A stretch of DNA of 64,000 nucleotides, taken from NCBI RefSeq assembly GCF_022045235.1, contig NW_027266319.1, positions 434,001 through 498,000 of the forward strand. The letters are read 5' to 3'. The DNA is from Haliotis cracherodii (lineage: Eukaryota). Below the pieces are notes generated by a model, which saw nothing but the letters and a program-made list of their open reading frames with translations, searched no databases and was not told where the DNA came from. Numbering within the stretch: position 1 is the first letter of the stretch; every line of letters begins with the position of its first letter. Positions 12,731 to 25,432 of this stretch are shown one piece after another. A program made the position numbers and the translations under genes.

Positions 12731-13732
12731 TCAAAGTGAAATGGTCGTGGCCGTGATACGTTTGGGCGATCAGTTTTATTGTCATTGTTTTTTTATCATC
12801 AAATTTATTTTTTCCGGACAAGGTAATGTTAAATTTGAGAGAGTTTGGCAAAAATTGCCCAGATATTTAAATGACAACTTTTCATGCAATGTTACTTGGG
12901 GTGACGTATCTATTGCGGTTCAGTATAGTTTCAAAGCTAACTTCTCATGCCGACAAACGAACACGGGAACCGTTTTAAAAGGCAACGTTTTGCCCATGTC
13001 GAAAACACTCCTAAATATTCACTCCATAACGCCGCACCTAAGTGTGTTTGACCCTATGTTACAAGATTCGTATCCTCATATGACGTAAATGCTGAACGAG
13101 TTTCTTATGTGTCAGAATGATTTACTGCAACACCATGGGACAAACAACATGCGCTTTACACAAAACAAACAAACAAAAATGCAAATGATGTAGCTTTTCG
13201 TGCATGTATTGCCATTAGATATTTGCAACGCATCTACAGTTCGGTCAATTCCTCCTAATATGTTGAAAACAATTGCAAGTTTATGGTGTAAATATAGTTT
13301 TAAATGTTTAGGTATTTTTTCACGAGCAGAAACACACCGTCAAAACGTTCCGACTCAGGGTATGTGTGGTGGTTGATAGTTAGAGGGACATGTGCGTTGA
13401 TTGTTTAAATCTTTTTCCGTTTCAAAAATTTAAATGACATAAAAAAACAGAAGGTTTGGGGAAAAAGTTATTTAACATTTCAAATAAAGTGCATATATAG
13501 TGCAGTAGTTTTAGTGGAAACAGTAATATCACTAATTAACAGAATCATACGAATCTGGATGAAGACTGTTTTCCACGTGTCAGTCATCTGGCGAGAGGCT
13601 GCAGATGGTAAAACAACAAATGTAAACTACGGGTTGTACCTGAGTATAAATTGTAATAATTTTTTAAATTTTTTTTTCTTAATCAAATCATTTTGTTGAC
13701 AACAAACAGCCTATGTATAGCTGTGGGAACAG

Positions 13733-14084
13733 GACCGCCTCCGTGGTCTAATGGTAGAGCGTCCGCCCGGAGAGCGGAAGGTCCGGGCTTCGATCCCCGA
13801 CCGCGTCACACCAAAAGACGTTAAAAGATGGTACTTGTTGTTACCCTGTCTGGCGCTCGGCATTAAGGGGCGAAAACAAGGACTGGTCGGCTCGGAGTCA
13901 GTATACTGTGTCTGAGTGGGGTATTCATATTAAACTGCGGCATGGTATCTCAGTGAGCTAGCACTATAAATCGGCATCAGTCCGGACTAGTACAAGGAGC
14001 CACACAAACACACACACGTACATGCACGTCGCTATATAAGTGCAATAATCTTGGACGCGACGTTAAACACCATTTCACCTCACC
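13733..14084 (+). mobile_element. family D SINE, full-length copy
   Basis: A/B boxes, Meta-like body, gctatataag...gacgcgacgttaaac tail. Confidence 0.8.
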
Positions 14085-15384
14085 TGTAAGAAAAGAGCCC
14101 CACTTTGTGTGCTGTGCAGCCATTTCTGTATGAAGGGCACCAGACATCATGACAATCCTCCCAATACCTATCATGGCAAACTAGGGATCTGTCCTGGATT
14201 GACATGATGTACACCTTGTCCAAAAACATCTGGGGAATATGTAATCATGACCACTGATTTTAAACCTTCCGGGAGAAAAGAGGTACAAAGTATCAAAGCA
14301 CAAATAGTACATGCTGATACAGTAACGTAATTTACAAATGTGCTTGGTAAATACATTCCAAATAAAGATTTTCTATAATATGTTCCTACGAACTATTTTT
14401 CTCCATGGCGGCAATACTGGATTTGGCGGCCATATTGTATTTTTAGGAAGCTCCAATATTTCAAAATATTTGAAATGCTATGACTTACACAACCTATTTT
14501 AATTTACATGTAATTTCAGTTAGTTACCTTGAAAGATATGCATATTCCGAGAAAGTAAGGCCTTAAATTAGTGGTTGCGGCCATCTTGTAAATGGCTTTT
14601 TTGATCGGAATTTTCTAATTGCATCCATATCTAAAATTGATGGTAATACCGATATCTATCATCAAGCCAAGTTTCATGCGTTTATCACAAAGTGCACCAT
14701 TTACCTTTAGCAGCCTTGAAGGGGCGAGTCCCGAGCCCGTGGGTTCTCAGGTGACGATGCTGTGCAGCAAAGTGACGGTCATCTATTGTAGAGCAATGCT
14801 GCCATATATGGACTAAATAACCACCATCAGCTTTCAAAATTATTGCGCGTGTCCATGGAAAGAACACCATGCTTGTGTCCCTTTCAAGGTGACGCCATTG
14901 GTTCACAGTGAATGCCCCGCCCCCAGAATAAGCCACACCCACTCAGTCAGTCTGCTGAACGAGAGCGCTGTTAAATGTTCCAGGAAGTATTGTGTGAGGC
15001 TCACAAATGAAATATTGTACCCTGATTGGCTCTGACTACTTTCATATCTGATGTTTTTTCCGTGATTTCCGTCATATTTCCCCCCATCATGGACATCTCA
15101 CAATAAAAAAATAACCACTGGTAGAAATACACTGTGAAGCCACATTTTATTATCTGCAGCTGGTTGCTGTTATATCTTTATATATATCTGAATCCGTGAA
15201 GATCCCGGTAAAAATAGGTCCTCAGCAACCCATGCCTGCTGTAAAAGGAAACTATGCTTGTCGTTAGAAGTTGATGCATGTCATTGTCTCCAATTTGTAT
15301 AGATCGATGCTTATGATGTCAATCACTGGATCACTTTTCATCATTCACAGGTACACGTAAGCTATCCATTTTTTGTGATCAGAT

Positions 15385-15850
15385 TGGGATTGCGTTGTCT
15401 ACAATGTGATGAACGCCTAAGGGACATTTCCGTTCTTCAAACTGGTAGAACTCGGCGAGAGGGATCCAATGTGTACAATGTGTCTCAGTCTCTGATTTGC
15501 AGACTTGGGGACAGGTTGCTGCAGACACAATATGTTAATGCTCGGCCCCGCACAGGGCACTAGAGGTCAACAACACAAGTACAGAACGGATTAATCAGAA
15601 GCCGGGCTTTAAGAAATCAAGCCCAAACAGCCAATCAAATCGCTGCTCACTTGCTGTTTCCAGCCAGACGCCAGTGGAGTTCAGAGCGTAGAAACTTGGG
15701 AGATCGCCGATGGTCTCGTGTAATGATTTCAGATGAGTCCATATTCACCCTGGACTTTCTGGAAAGACGTGGGCGTGTCTGGAGACAATGGCCAGCCATG
15801 ACCCTTCCCCCATAGATCACGTCTTGGACACGACGCATACACCGACGTCA
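15385..15850 (+). mobile_element. second, heavily decayed Tc1 transposase (HTH plus first catalytic Asp region)
   Basis: NVSQSLICRL...ARPRTGH*RSTT...IRSRALRN (Tc1 HTH linker), WSRVMISDESIF...GRVWR, QWPA; stops and deletions. Confidence 0.7.
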
Positions 15851-16271
15851 AAGGCCATGCTTTTGTTCACTGTGTTCCGAACCTGTGCTGTCGGCATATT
15901 TTATATAATTTTTTGCACGTGCATTTCCGGCGTTCTTAGAGTGCAAACGACGTTTTCACAACATTTACTTTTTCACGCTTTATTTGACCAATACCTTTCG
16001 TTGTATTTGTGCGACATATTTCACCTCGATTTCATTTCTCTGTGGTTTTGTAAATTTATAATGTAATTAAAGAGAATTCCGATTCCTATGTCAAACAATC
16101 TATGAATTGCACAAATGAAAATACATTTTTATTTGTTATATATTAGATCTGTGCTTTATAATTGTATAAATGTCCTTTGTCAATATGGTATATAATCCTT
16201 TCAAAAATATATCTGTCTGGGTAGTTCAAATCAGACGCGCTCAGAGACATGGACATCACGTTAATATACAT

Positions 16272-16590
16272 GACCGTCTCCGTGGTCTAGTGGTAGAGCG
16301 TCCGCCCGGAGAGCGGAAGGTCCGGGCTTCGATCCCCGTCCCGTCATACCAAAAGACGTTTAAAGATGGTACTTGTTGTTACCCTGTCTGGCGCTCGGCA
16401 TTAAGGGGTTAAAGCAAGGACTGGTCGGCTCGGTGTCAGTATACTGTGTCTGAGTGGGGTATTCATGTTAAACTGCGGCATGGTATCTCATAAATCGGCA
16501 TCAGTCCGGTCTAGTACAAGCAGCCACACACACAAACGCTATATAAGTGCAATAATCTTGGACGCGACGTTAAACCTAATTTCACATCAC
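16272..16590 (+). mobile_element. family D SINE inserted just upstream of lysozyme copy 1 ATG
   Basis: TSD cgttaat(a/c)tacat at 16259-16271 and 16591-16603. Confidence 0.88.
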
Positions 16591-16628
16591 CGTTAATCTA
16601 CATACTTGTGTTGTTGGTTACTGTGACC

Positions 16629-19600
16629 ATGGAACTGACAACAACTCTCCTCAGTCTGATGCTCGTGGCCTCTGTGACGGGTATGTCGCATGCTGTTCGT
16701 GAAGACCCCAGGTTCCCACCTCGCACATGTCCTCATCGTCGCACAAGTCCCCATCGTCGCACGTGTCCCAATCGTCGCAGCACATGTCCCCATCGTCGCA
16801 CATGTCCCCATCGTCACAGCACATGTCCCCATCGTCGCACATGTCCTCATCGTCACACATGCCCCCATCGTCACAGCACATGTCCCCATCGTCACAGCAC
16901 ATGTCCCCATCGTCGCACATGTCCCCATCGTCGCACGTGTCCCCATCGTCGCATATGCCCACATCGTCGCACATGTCCCCATCGTCGCACATGCCCCCAT
17001 CGTCGCACATGTCCCCATCGTCGCACATGTTCCCATCGTCACAGCACATGTCCCCATCGTCGCACGTGTCCCCATCGTCGCACATGTCCCCATCGTCACA
17101 GCACATGTCCCCATCGTCGCACATGTCCCCATCGTCGCACATGTCCCCATCGTCGCACGTCGTCGTGAGGCTCACCTGATCTCTTCCGCCTTGTTCCTTA
17201 TATAGAATAATTATACACAGGGGTGTGCATGGCGTCTGCCGAGTCAAGCTTCAACACGGCGGCAACCAACACCAACAGCGGAGGCTCCACCGACTACGGC
17301 ATCGTCCAGATCAACAGCTACTGGAACTGCGACCCCCAGGACGGAAGACAGACCTACAATGGCTGCGGACATCCTTGCTCCGGTAAAAATTCCAATCTGT
17401 TTTCTTAATAGTCAGATATAAATGTGTCTTCTCAAAAGATAGAGTAACATGCAGATCTAAGTTCAGAATTTAACGGGGCGGTGGGAAACACCAGGTGGTT
17501 GTTGGTTGGTTTGTTGTTTAACGCCTCACTCAGCAATATTCCAGCTATATGACGGCGGTCTGTAAGTAATCGAGTCCAGACAATCCAGTGATTGATCCAC
17601 GCAATTGGGATCGATGACATGCATCAACCAAGTCAGCGAGCCTGACAACCCGATCCCGTTAGTCGCCTCTTACGTCAAGCATTGTCGCCTTTTACAGCAA
17701 GTATGGGTTGCTAAAGATCTGTTCTACCCCGAATCTTCACGGGTCGTGGATATGCCACGGGTTAAAGCGTTTGCTCGTCACGCCGAAGAGCCGGGTTGGG
17801 TTCGATTTCCCACATGGGTAGAATGTGTGAAGCCTATTCCAGGTGTCCCCTTCCGTGATATTTCTGGTATATTGCTAAGAAGACGTAAAACCATCCTTAC
17901 TCACTCACTCACCCACTCACTTAAACCCTTAACAAGCGTATGTTTGCTTAGAAACATGTTTTTCTATGCAATATGTTAAGGGACATTCTCGCATTCTCCG
18001 TTCTCGCATCTCGACCTTGAGATACAAGGTATTGTGCCCAAAGAGCGAGAATACATTCTCGAGTTTTCGTCAAACGACGAGAACGCAAGAACACGACTTT
18101 TGGGCATCGTGTAAAATCTAGCAATTTCGACTTTTGAGAGTTTGTCAAAAAAAAACACGTGTTCACGAGATTTTTAGCATGTTTCCAAAGAGATTTTTAG
18201 CTTGTTTCGCACTCGAGAATGTTCTTTACAGTGTTCCATAGTTTCTACCGCTAATACACACCTATATTCACTTTAAATGTTATCTTTGGTTTGCCTACGA
18301 TCTGTGTCACGTTTTGTACCAGATTCACGAAAGTTTATCTATTTCTGTTACAATAGGTAGATATATCCTTTTATCAACACACCAAGTGGTGCCGCTCGCA
18401 GTCACGTGACTGCCGATCCTCAGTCGGATTGTAACCACGTGATCAAAACATATGCAGTTGTCTATATTTCGAAATTTGCGATATTTCGTGTTTCTATTTC
18501 AAGTGTCGAGGACTATAAGATATATGCACACATGCGTGATGAAAATAATTATGAAAGTTAATAATTTAACAAAATATTTTTATTGTGTAATTCAGACTAC
18601 CTGAACACAGCCCTCGGCGACGACATCCAGTGCATCCGACAGCTCCTTCACGAACACAGCGGCTGGGGCTTCTCGTGAGTAGAACAGACCACAGACTGCC
18701 ATGACAGCATGGCGTTATACTGAATATATACTGTCATGACAGCATGGCGTTATACTGAATATATACTGTCATGACAGAATGGCGTTATACTGAATATATA
18801 CTGTCATGACAGCATGGCGTTATACTGAATATATACTGCCACGACAGCATGGCGTTATACTGAATATAAAATGCCATGACAGAATGGCGTTATACTGAAT
18901 ATATACTGCCATGACAGCATGGCGTTATACGGAATATACACTGCCATGACAGCATGGCGTTATACTGAATATATACTGCCATAGCAGCATGGCGTTATAC
19001 TAAATCTATACTGCCATGACAGCATGGCGTTATACTGAATATACACTGCCATGGCAGCATGGCGTTATACTGAATATATACTGCCATGACAGCATGCCGT
19101 AATACTGAATATATACTCGTATAACGAGTCTGAATGTTCACAGTCGCAGTCATATGAGGAACAGCTCTACTACCTACATCTTGAGGTGGGGGAAATGGGG
19201 TTTGCATGCATGTTTGTGTGTGTGGCCTCTTGTACTAGTCCCGACTAATGCCGTTATTATAGTGCTAGCCCACTGAGATACCATGCCGCAGTTTAACAGG
19301 AATACCCTCTCCTTGTTTTAGTCCCTTAACAACAAGTACCATCGAGTATCGTCTTTTGGTAGGACGCGGCCGGAGGTCTAACCACCAGACCACGGAGGCA
19401 GTCAGCCAGCGACTTGAAGTCATGCGTGTGTCAGCTGACAGCACGGCCAGCGACTTGAAGTCATGCATGTTTCAGCTGACAGCACGGCCAGCGACTTGAA
19501 GTCATGCATGTTTCAGCTGACAGCACGGCCAGCGACTTGAAGTCATGCATGTTTCAGCTGACAGCACCGCCAGCGACTTGAAGTCATGCGTGTGTCAGCT

Positions 19601-20701
19601 GACAGCACGGCCAGCGACTTGAAGTCATGCATGTGTCAGCTGACAGCACGGCCAGCGACTTGAAGTCATGCATGTTTCAGCTGACAGCACGGCCAGCGAC
19701 TTGAAGTCATGCGTGTGTCAGCTGACAGCACGACCAGCGACTTGAAGTCATGCATGTTTCAGCTGACAGCACGGCCAGCAACTTGAAGTCATGCATGTTT
19801 CAGCTGACAGCACGACCAGCGACTTGAAGTCATGCATGTTTCAGCTGACAGCACGGCCAGCGACTTGAAGTCATGCGTGTGTCAGCTGACAGCACGGCCA
19901 GCGACTTGAAGTCATGCATATTTCAGCTGACAGCACGGCCAGCGACTTGAAGTCATGCATGTTTCAGCTTACAGCACGGCCAGCGGCTTGAAGTCATGCA
20001 TGTTTCAGCTGACAGCACGGCCAGCGACTTGAAGTCATGCGTGTGTAAGCTGACAGCACGGCCAGGGACTTGAAGTCATGCATGTTTCAGCTGACGGCAC
20101 TGCCGCCCCGTGTACATCCGGGTTTCAAAAGTCCTTCAGCAACCTGTGCTTGTCGTAAGATGTGACGAACGCAGGTCCTTGTATCCTAATTTCTTAGATC
20201 GATGCTCATTATGACAATCATCGGATTGTCTGGTCCAGACTCAATTATGTAGAGACCGCTGGCATGTAGCTGGCGGCTTTACACAAACAAACAAACAAAA
20301 CCACAAGACACAAATGAAAGCACGCTCCTATAACTCCAGGCGTGTGTCCAACTCAATACCCCATGTTCCCTGAAAACAGTAACAAATGTTTCATGAAGCC
20401 TTTGTTGTGAAAACATAATACTGGTTTTAGTTTCATACTATGTTTGTTTTCTACTTATATGTTGCAGAAATATTTAAACTGAAATGTGCCATATTCTCAT
20501 TCCTAATTCTGAAGGTGACACATGTACGCTTCATGACAGTATGTAGGTACTTGCATCAACAGATAGGTATGCTACAACAATTCTTTGCGCCGTGTTGATC
20601 CCCTGGATCAAAGCTATCTTGTCATGTTTTGTTTCAGGTACGGATACGCTGACAAGTGTGCCTCGGTGACCAGCAGCTATCTGTCCGAGTGTTCCTTGTA
20701 A
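16629..20701 (+). CDS. LYZ: c-type lysozyme paralog 1, lacking the 84-nt second coding exon (in-frame 118-aa product or pseudogene)
   Basis: join(16629..16680,17221..17382,18596..18674,20638..20701), all [122 protein letters not shown]. Exon lengths 52/162/79/64 match copy 2. ATTAAA at 20761. Confidence 0.85.
16720..17160. repeat. 18/21-bp minisatellite (cacatgtccccatcgtcg) in lysozyme 1 first coding intron
   Basis: Direct inspection. Confidence 0.95.
17221..17382 (+). CDS. LYZ: lysozyme 1 catalytic exon (Glu35 and Asp52 equivalents)
   Basis: cag|GG...G|gtaaaa; AES and [10 protein letters not shown] motifs. Confidence 0.93.
18697..19113. repeat. 35-bp minisatellite (ctgccatgacagcatggcgttatactgaatatata)
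   Basis: Starts ~22 nt after the donor at 18675; contains the hairpin gccatg-acag-catggc. Confidence 0.95.
19405..20100. repeat. 41-bp minisatellite (gccagcgacttgaagtcatgcatgtttcagctgacagcacg)
   Basis: About 17 copies. Confidence 0.95.
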
Positions 20702-20886
20702 TCTGTCATCCGGGCACCTCACGTCTAGGACAGACAGACCCCGTGTGTTTAATAATACCAATTAAATCGAGTGTCGTGTTCGTCTTATCAGTAGTTAACA
20801 CATTAGTTGTCTTTGTATTGGATGACGATCACGTGAGGGAGAACGCATGAACACGACACTGTCCCGGATATAACTGTTAGCGTGAG

Positions 20887-21925
20887 GTGATGTTCCTAGT
20901 GTTAACATATGGGTACAGTGATGTTCCTAGTGTTAACATATGGGTACAGTGATGTTCCTAGTGTTAACATATTGGCACAGTGATGTTCCTAGTGTTAACA
21001 TATTGGTACAGTGATGTTCCTAGTGTTAACATATGGGTACAGTGATGTTCCTAGTGTTAACATATGGGTACAGTGATGTTCCTAGTGTTAACATATTGGT
21101 ACAGTGATGTTCCTAGTGTTAACATATTGGTACAGTGATGTTCCTAGTGTTAACATATTGGTACAGTGATGTTCCTAGTGTTAACATATTGGTACAGTGA
21201 TGTTCCTAGTGTTAACATATTGGTACAGTGATGTTCCTAGTGTTAACATATGGGTACAGTGATGTTCCTAGTGTTAACATAGTGGTATAGTGATGTTCCT
21301 AGTGTTAACTTATGGGTACAGTGATGTTCCTAGTGTTAACATATTGGTATAGTGATGTTCCTAGTGTTAACATATTGGTACAGTGATGTTCCTAGTGTTA
21401 ACATATTGGTACAGTGATGTTCCTTGTGTTAACATATTGGTACAGTGATGTTCCTAGTGTTAACATATGGGTACAGTGATGTTCCTAGTGTTAACATATT
21501 GGTACAGTGATGTTCCTAGTGTTAACATATTGGTACAGTGATGTTCCTAGTGTTAACATATGGGTACAGTGATGTTCCTAGTGTTAACATATTGGTATAG
21601 TGATGTTCCTAGTGTTAACATATTGGTACAGTGATGTTTCTAGTGTTAACATATTGGTACAGTGATGTTCCTAGTGTTAACATATTGGTACAGTGATGTT
21701 CCTAGTGTTAATATATTGGTACAGTGATGTTCCTAGTGTTAACATATTGGTACAGTGATGTTCCTAGTGTTAATATATTGGTAGAGTGATGTTCCTAGTG
21801 TTAACATATTGGTACAGTGATGTTCCTAGTGTTAATATATTGGTACAGTGATGTTCCTAGTGTTAATATATTGGTACAGTGATGTTCCTAGTGTTAATAT
21901 ATTGGTACACTGATGATTCTAGTGA
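20887..21925. repeat. 31-bp minisatellite (gtgatgttcctagtgttaacatattggtaca)
   Basis: About 33 near-identical copies. Confidence 0.97.
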
Positions 21926-21933
21926 TGTCTGTA

Positions 21934-22702
21934 GTCACTGACTAGGTCATACTAGGGGGTGTAACACACTCGCCGTCACTGTCTTGGTCATACTAGGGGG
22001 TGTAACACACGTGCCGTCACTGACTAGGTCATACTAGGGGGTGTAACACACGTGCCGTCACTGACTAGGTCATACTAGGGGGTGTAACACACGTGCCGTC
22101 ACTGACTAGGTCACACTAGGGGATGTAACACACTTGCCGTCACCATCTAGGTCATACTAGGGGGTGTTACACACATGCAGTCACTGACTAGGTCATACTA
22201 GGGGGTGTAACACACTTGCCGTCACTGTTTAGGTCATACTAGGGGGCGTAACACACGTGCCGTCACTGACTAGGTCACACTAGGGGATGCAACACACTTG
22301 CCGTCACTGTCTAGGTCATACTAGGGGGTGTTACACACATGCAGTCACTGACTAGGTCATACTAGAGGGTGTAGCACACTCGCCGTCACTGACTAGGTCA
22401 TACTAGGGGATGTAACACAATCGCCGTCACTCTCTAGGTCATACTAGGGGGTGTAACACACTTGCCGTCACTGACTAGATCATACTAGGGGGTGTAACAC
22501 ACTCGCCGTCACTGACTAGGTCATACTAGGGGGCTGTAACACACGTACCGTCACTGACTAGGTCATGCTATGGGGTGTAACACACTCGCCGTCACTGACT
22601 AGGTCATGCTAGGGGGTGTAACACACTTGCCGTCACTGACTAGGTCATACTATGGGGTGTAACACACTGGCCGTCACTGACTAGGTCATACTAGGGGGTG
22701 TA
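21934..22702. repeat. 41-bp minisatellite (gtcactgactaggtcatactagggggtgtaacacacgtgcc)
   Basis: About 18 copies, abutting the 31-bp array. Confidence 0.95.
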
Positions 22703-24280
22703 CCATTATAGGAAAAATAACGCATGTTTTATCCACTTGTTACTGAGTGAGTTTGGTTTTAGCAGTATTCCAGCAATATCCCGGCGGGGGACACCAGAAA
22801 TGTATCGCTTTCTCGCGTTATCGCTCTATCGCTTTCTGGCTTTCTCGCGGTTAAGCAATATCCCCTCTTGACCACTATGGGGGCCGCATGTGATATCTGC
22901 TGCAATTGGGAGGTAATGTTGAACTTTTCTCACTATTTACTTAAAACATAATTTAACTGTACAGACGTAGGTGATTTTATGTATGACACATATTTTTTTC
23001 CCGAATTTAATTGCCCATAATTAAGTGTGCATATAACGCACGAGTGCGTATTATACGCGAATAAATAAGTCTTGCGTACATTAATCAATCGGAAGGGGTG
23101 TTAATTGTGATTGTTCACCAGCCAATATATTAGCAAATATCGCCGTGGGCGTTTATTAGAGCGGGGCGCTTATTACGTCGAATACGTTCATTATACTTTG
23201 CATTTATGTCTCAGAAATGACTGTTGATAAGACTGAACACTTTGAATAGCGAAAATACCAACTTGAATATAAAACCAATCAACTATTTTTTTCCACATTA
23301 CCGTTACTGAGAACAATATGTCATCCAAAAACTAGAAATTACATATTGGACATCCGGTAGTATTACCATTGCCTGGTAGAGGACTTCCACTTTGATGACA
23401 TCTACTCCGCAAACAGAATAAACATTGATATAAGCCTTGTTTTTAGGAAATACTATTGTTTTTTAGGAAGAACGTACTACTCAGCGCTATTGAGCGGTGT
23501 TATTTGCTATTTGTTTTGATAACTTGGCCCGGGGGCGGGGGATCTAATAGCTAAATGTGGCCATAAATCAATCAAATCTTTTTTACGCAGAAATGCGTGG
23601 ATTGTTATAAATAGAGGATATTTAATGTGTTTTCTCAAATACCACTTTGAAGTCGGGAGAGTCTAATATTTTCACGAGTGACGCAGTTCTTTATGGTCAA
23701 TTAACTCCCTTGCCTCGGGAAGATGCAGTAAGCAGGAGCAGCAACTAGTTAATACAGCAAATTAAATATGAAGTTATAACTCGCATGTTCAACAGTCGGA
23801 GTATCATTATTTTCCCCTTTTGGCTGCCGACTGCGAACGCCGACGTTGAGAACAAGGGCCCGGACTTATTCATACCAGCTTGTACCAGGTTTTGTAATAA
23901 GTTTTCTTATAAGTACCTGTTGAGCATTTATTCGCTTGTGCCACGTGTAATGCAAATTACGTTTGTGATGTTCTTGTTTATTTGTTTATGTGTTTATCAA
24001 TAAGCTATATTATCCCGGAATTTGGATTACACAATATTTTCTCAGTTAGGCTCACGGACAGTAATTTCTCGTATACCCTTGACTGTGTTTAGGTCATGTT
24101 AACACTGTCCCAGCACAGTGCTCCTGTCTCATACGAGGGAGTCAACAGTATTCAGTATTCCATACTTAATGGTGCTGAAACAGGATGTTTTTCGCCCCGG
24201 TAACACGTGAACTGTCTGTTAAAAAAACCAACTTCCTATTTTGTTTTAAGCTTTTCGTAGAATTGATATGTTTTTAAATG

Positions 24281-24393
24281 CACGTGGTTCCTGGTGAGAC
24301 GGAAGTGTGTGACCTACTGTGACCCGGGGGCGGGTATATAAACTCGCGCCAACACCCGGCGTCAATCTTCATTATACTCCACTACAGGTAAGT
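24281..24393 (+). promoter_or_regulatory. core promoter and non-coding first exon of lysozyme 2
   Basis: E-box cacgtg 24281, ETS-like cggaagt ~24300, GC box ggggcggg directly before TATATAAA 24335-24342, Inr-like tcatt ~24369, strong donor cag|gtaagt at 24388 matching acceptor ccag| at 25430. Confidence 0.7.
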
Positions 24394-24410
24394 TACACTT
24401 ATTACTGTGC

Positions 24411-24689
24411 GGGGCACGGGTGGCCCAGTCGTCTAAGGCGCCGCAATTCGCTGTGCAGAGCTTCGTCCCACGTCAGAAACCCTATGATTGTGGTTTCGAA
24501 TCCCGGTTCGCCCCGATTGTGTTTCTAGGTTTGTCAGCACCATACCCGTGCTCGTGGGTTTCACCAAAGTGGTAAACGTCTGACACCTGCATCACTTCGG
24601 GCTTTCCTCCCACATTAAGCTGACACACCGTGATATAACTGGAATACTGTTAAAAGTGGCGTTAAACCCAACTCACTCACTCACTCACT
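24411..24689 (+). mobile_element. tRNA(Leu/Ser-like)-headed SINE, family C, in lysozyme 2 intron 1
   Basis: tggcccagtcgtctaaggcgc...ggttcgaatccc-like head, (actc)n tail, TSD tac(t/a)gtg. Other copies 31467-32310 (chimeric) and 53968-54225 (TSD tatctctgtagt). Confidence 0.8.
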
Positions 24690-25432
24690 ACTACAGTGAC
24701 GTGTCTAGGATATGTAGGTTACGTTGCTTAACCTATTCATGTGTAAATATATTTTGAATTTGTAATTTTAAGGTCCAACACCCTGTCGGGATCTCGTGTC
24801 AGTTTTGTTTGTTTGTTTATTGTTTAACGCCGCACTCAGCAATATTCCAGCTTTTTGACGTCGGTTTGTAAATAATCGAGTCAGGACCAGACAATTCAGT
24901 GACTGACATCATGGGCATCGGTCTTCACAATTGGGATACGATGACATGCGTCAACAAAGTCAGCGAGCCTGACCACCTGATCCCGTCGTCGCCTCTAACG
25001 ATACGTAGAGTTGCTCACCGTTGCGCAAACACCTGGTATCATCACTATTTTACAGTGATTCATAAATACATGCTCATGATATAGTCGGAATCGTACAATT
25101 GACTCCATTTTTGGGCAGAGATTTGTGTATTAATATACTGCGGGGCGGTGGGGTAGCCTACTGGTTAAAGCGTTCGCCCCGGATCCGGATTCGATTCCCG
25201 ACATGGGCTCAATATTTGAAGCTCATTTCTGTTGTCCCCCGCCATGACATTGCTGGAATATTGCTAAAAGCGGCGTTAAACCATACTCACTCACTCACTC
25301 ACTAATTAAAAATGACATCTGAGATTCTGTTTTAATCCACATTAAACCTACCTCTCTATCATTTAACGACTCAAGACGTGACAATGCTCTGTTCCACACA
25401 ACACACAAGTATTGTTTTGTCTTCTACCAGGA

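Noticed and set aside
19405-22702. CRISPR-like appearance of 31-41-bp repeats
   Set aside because: Head-to-tail units with no unique spacers, no cas genes, eukaryotic context.
24411-24520. Functional tRNA genes at SINE heads
   Set aside because: Cloverleaves incomplete and continuous with SINE bodies, tails and TSDs.
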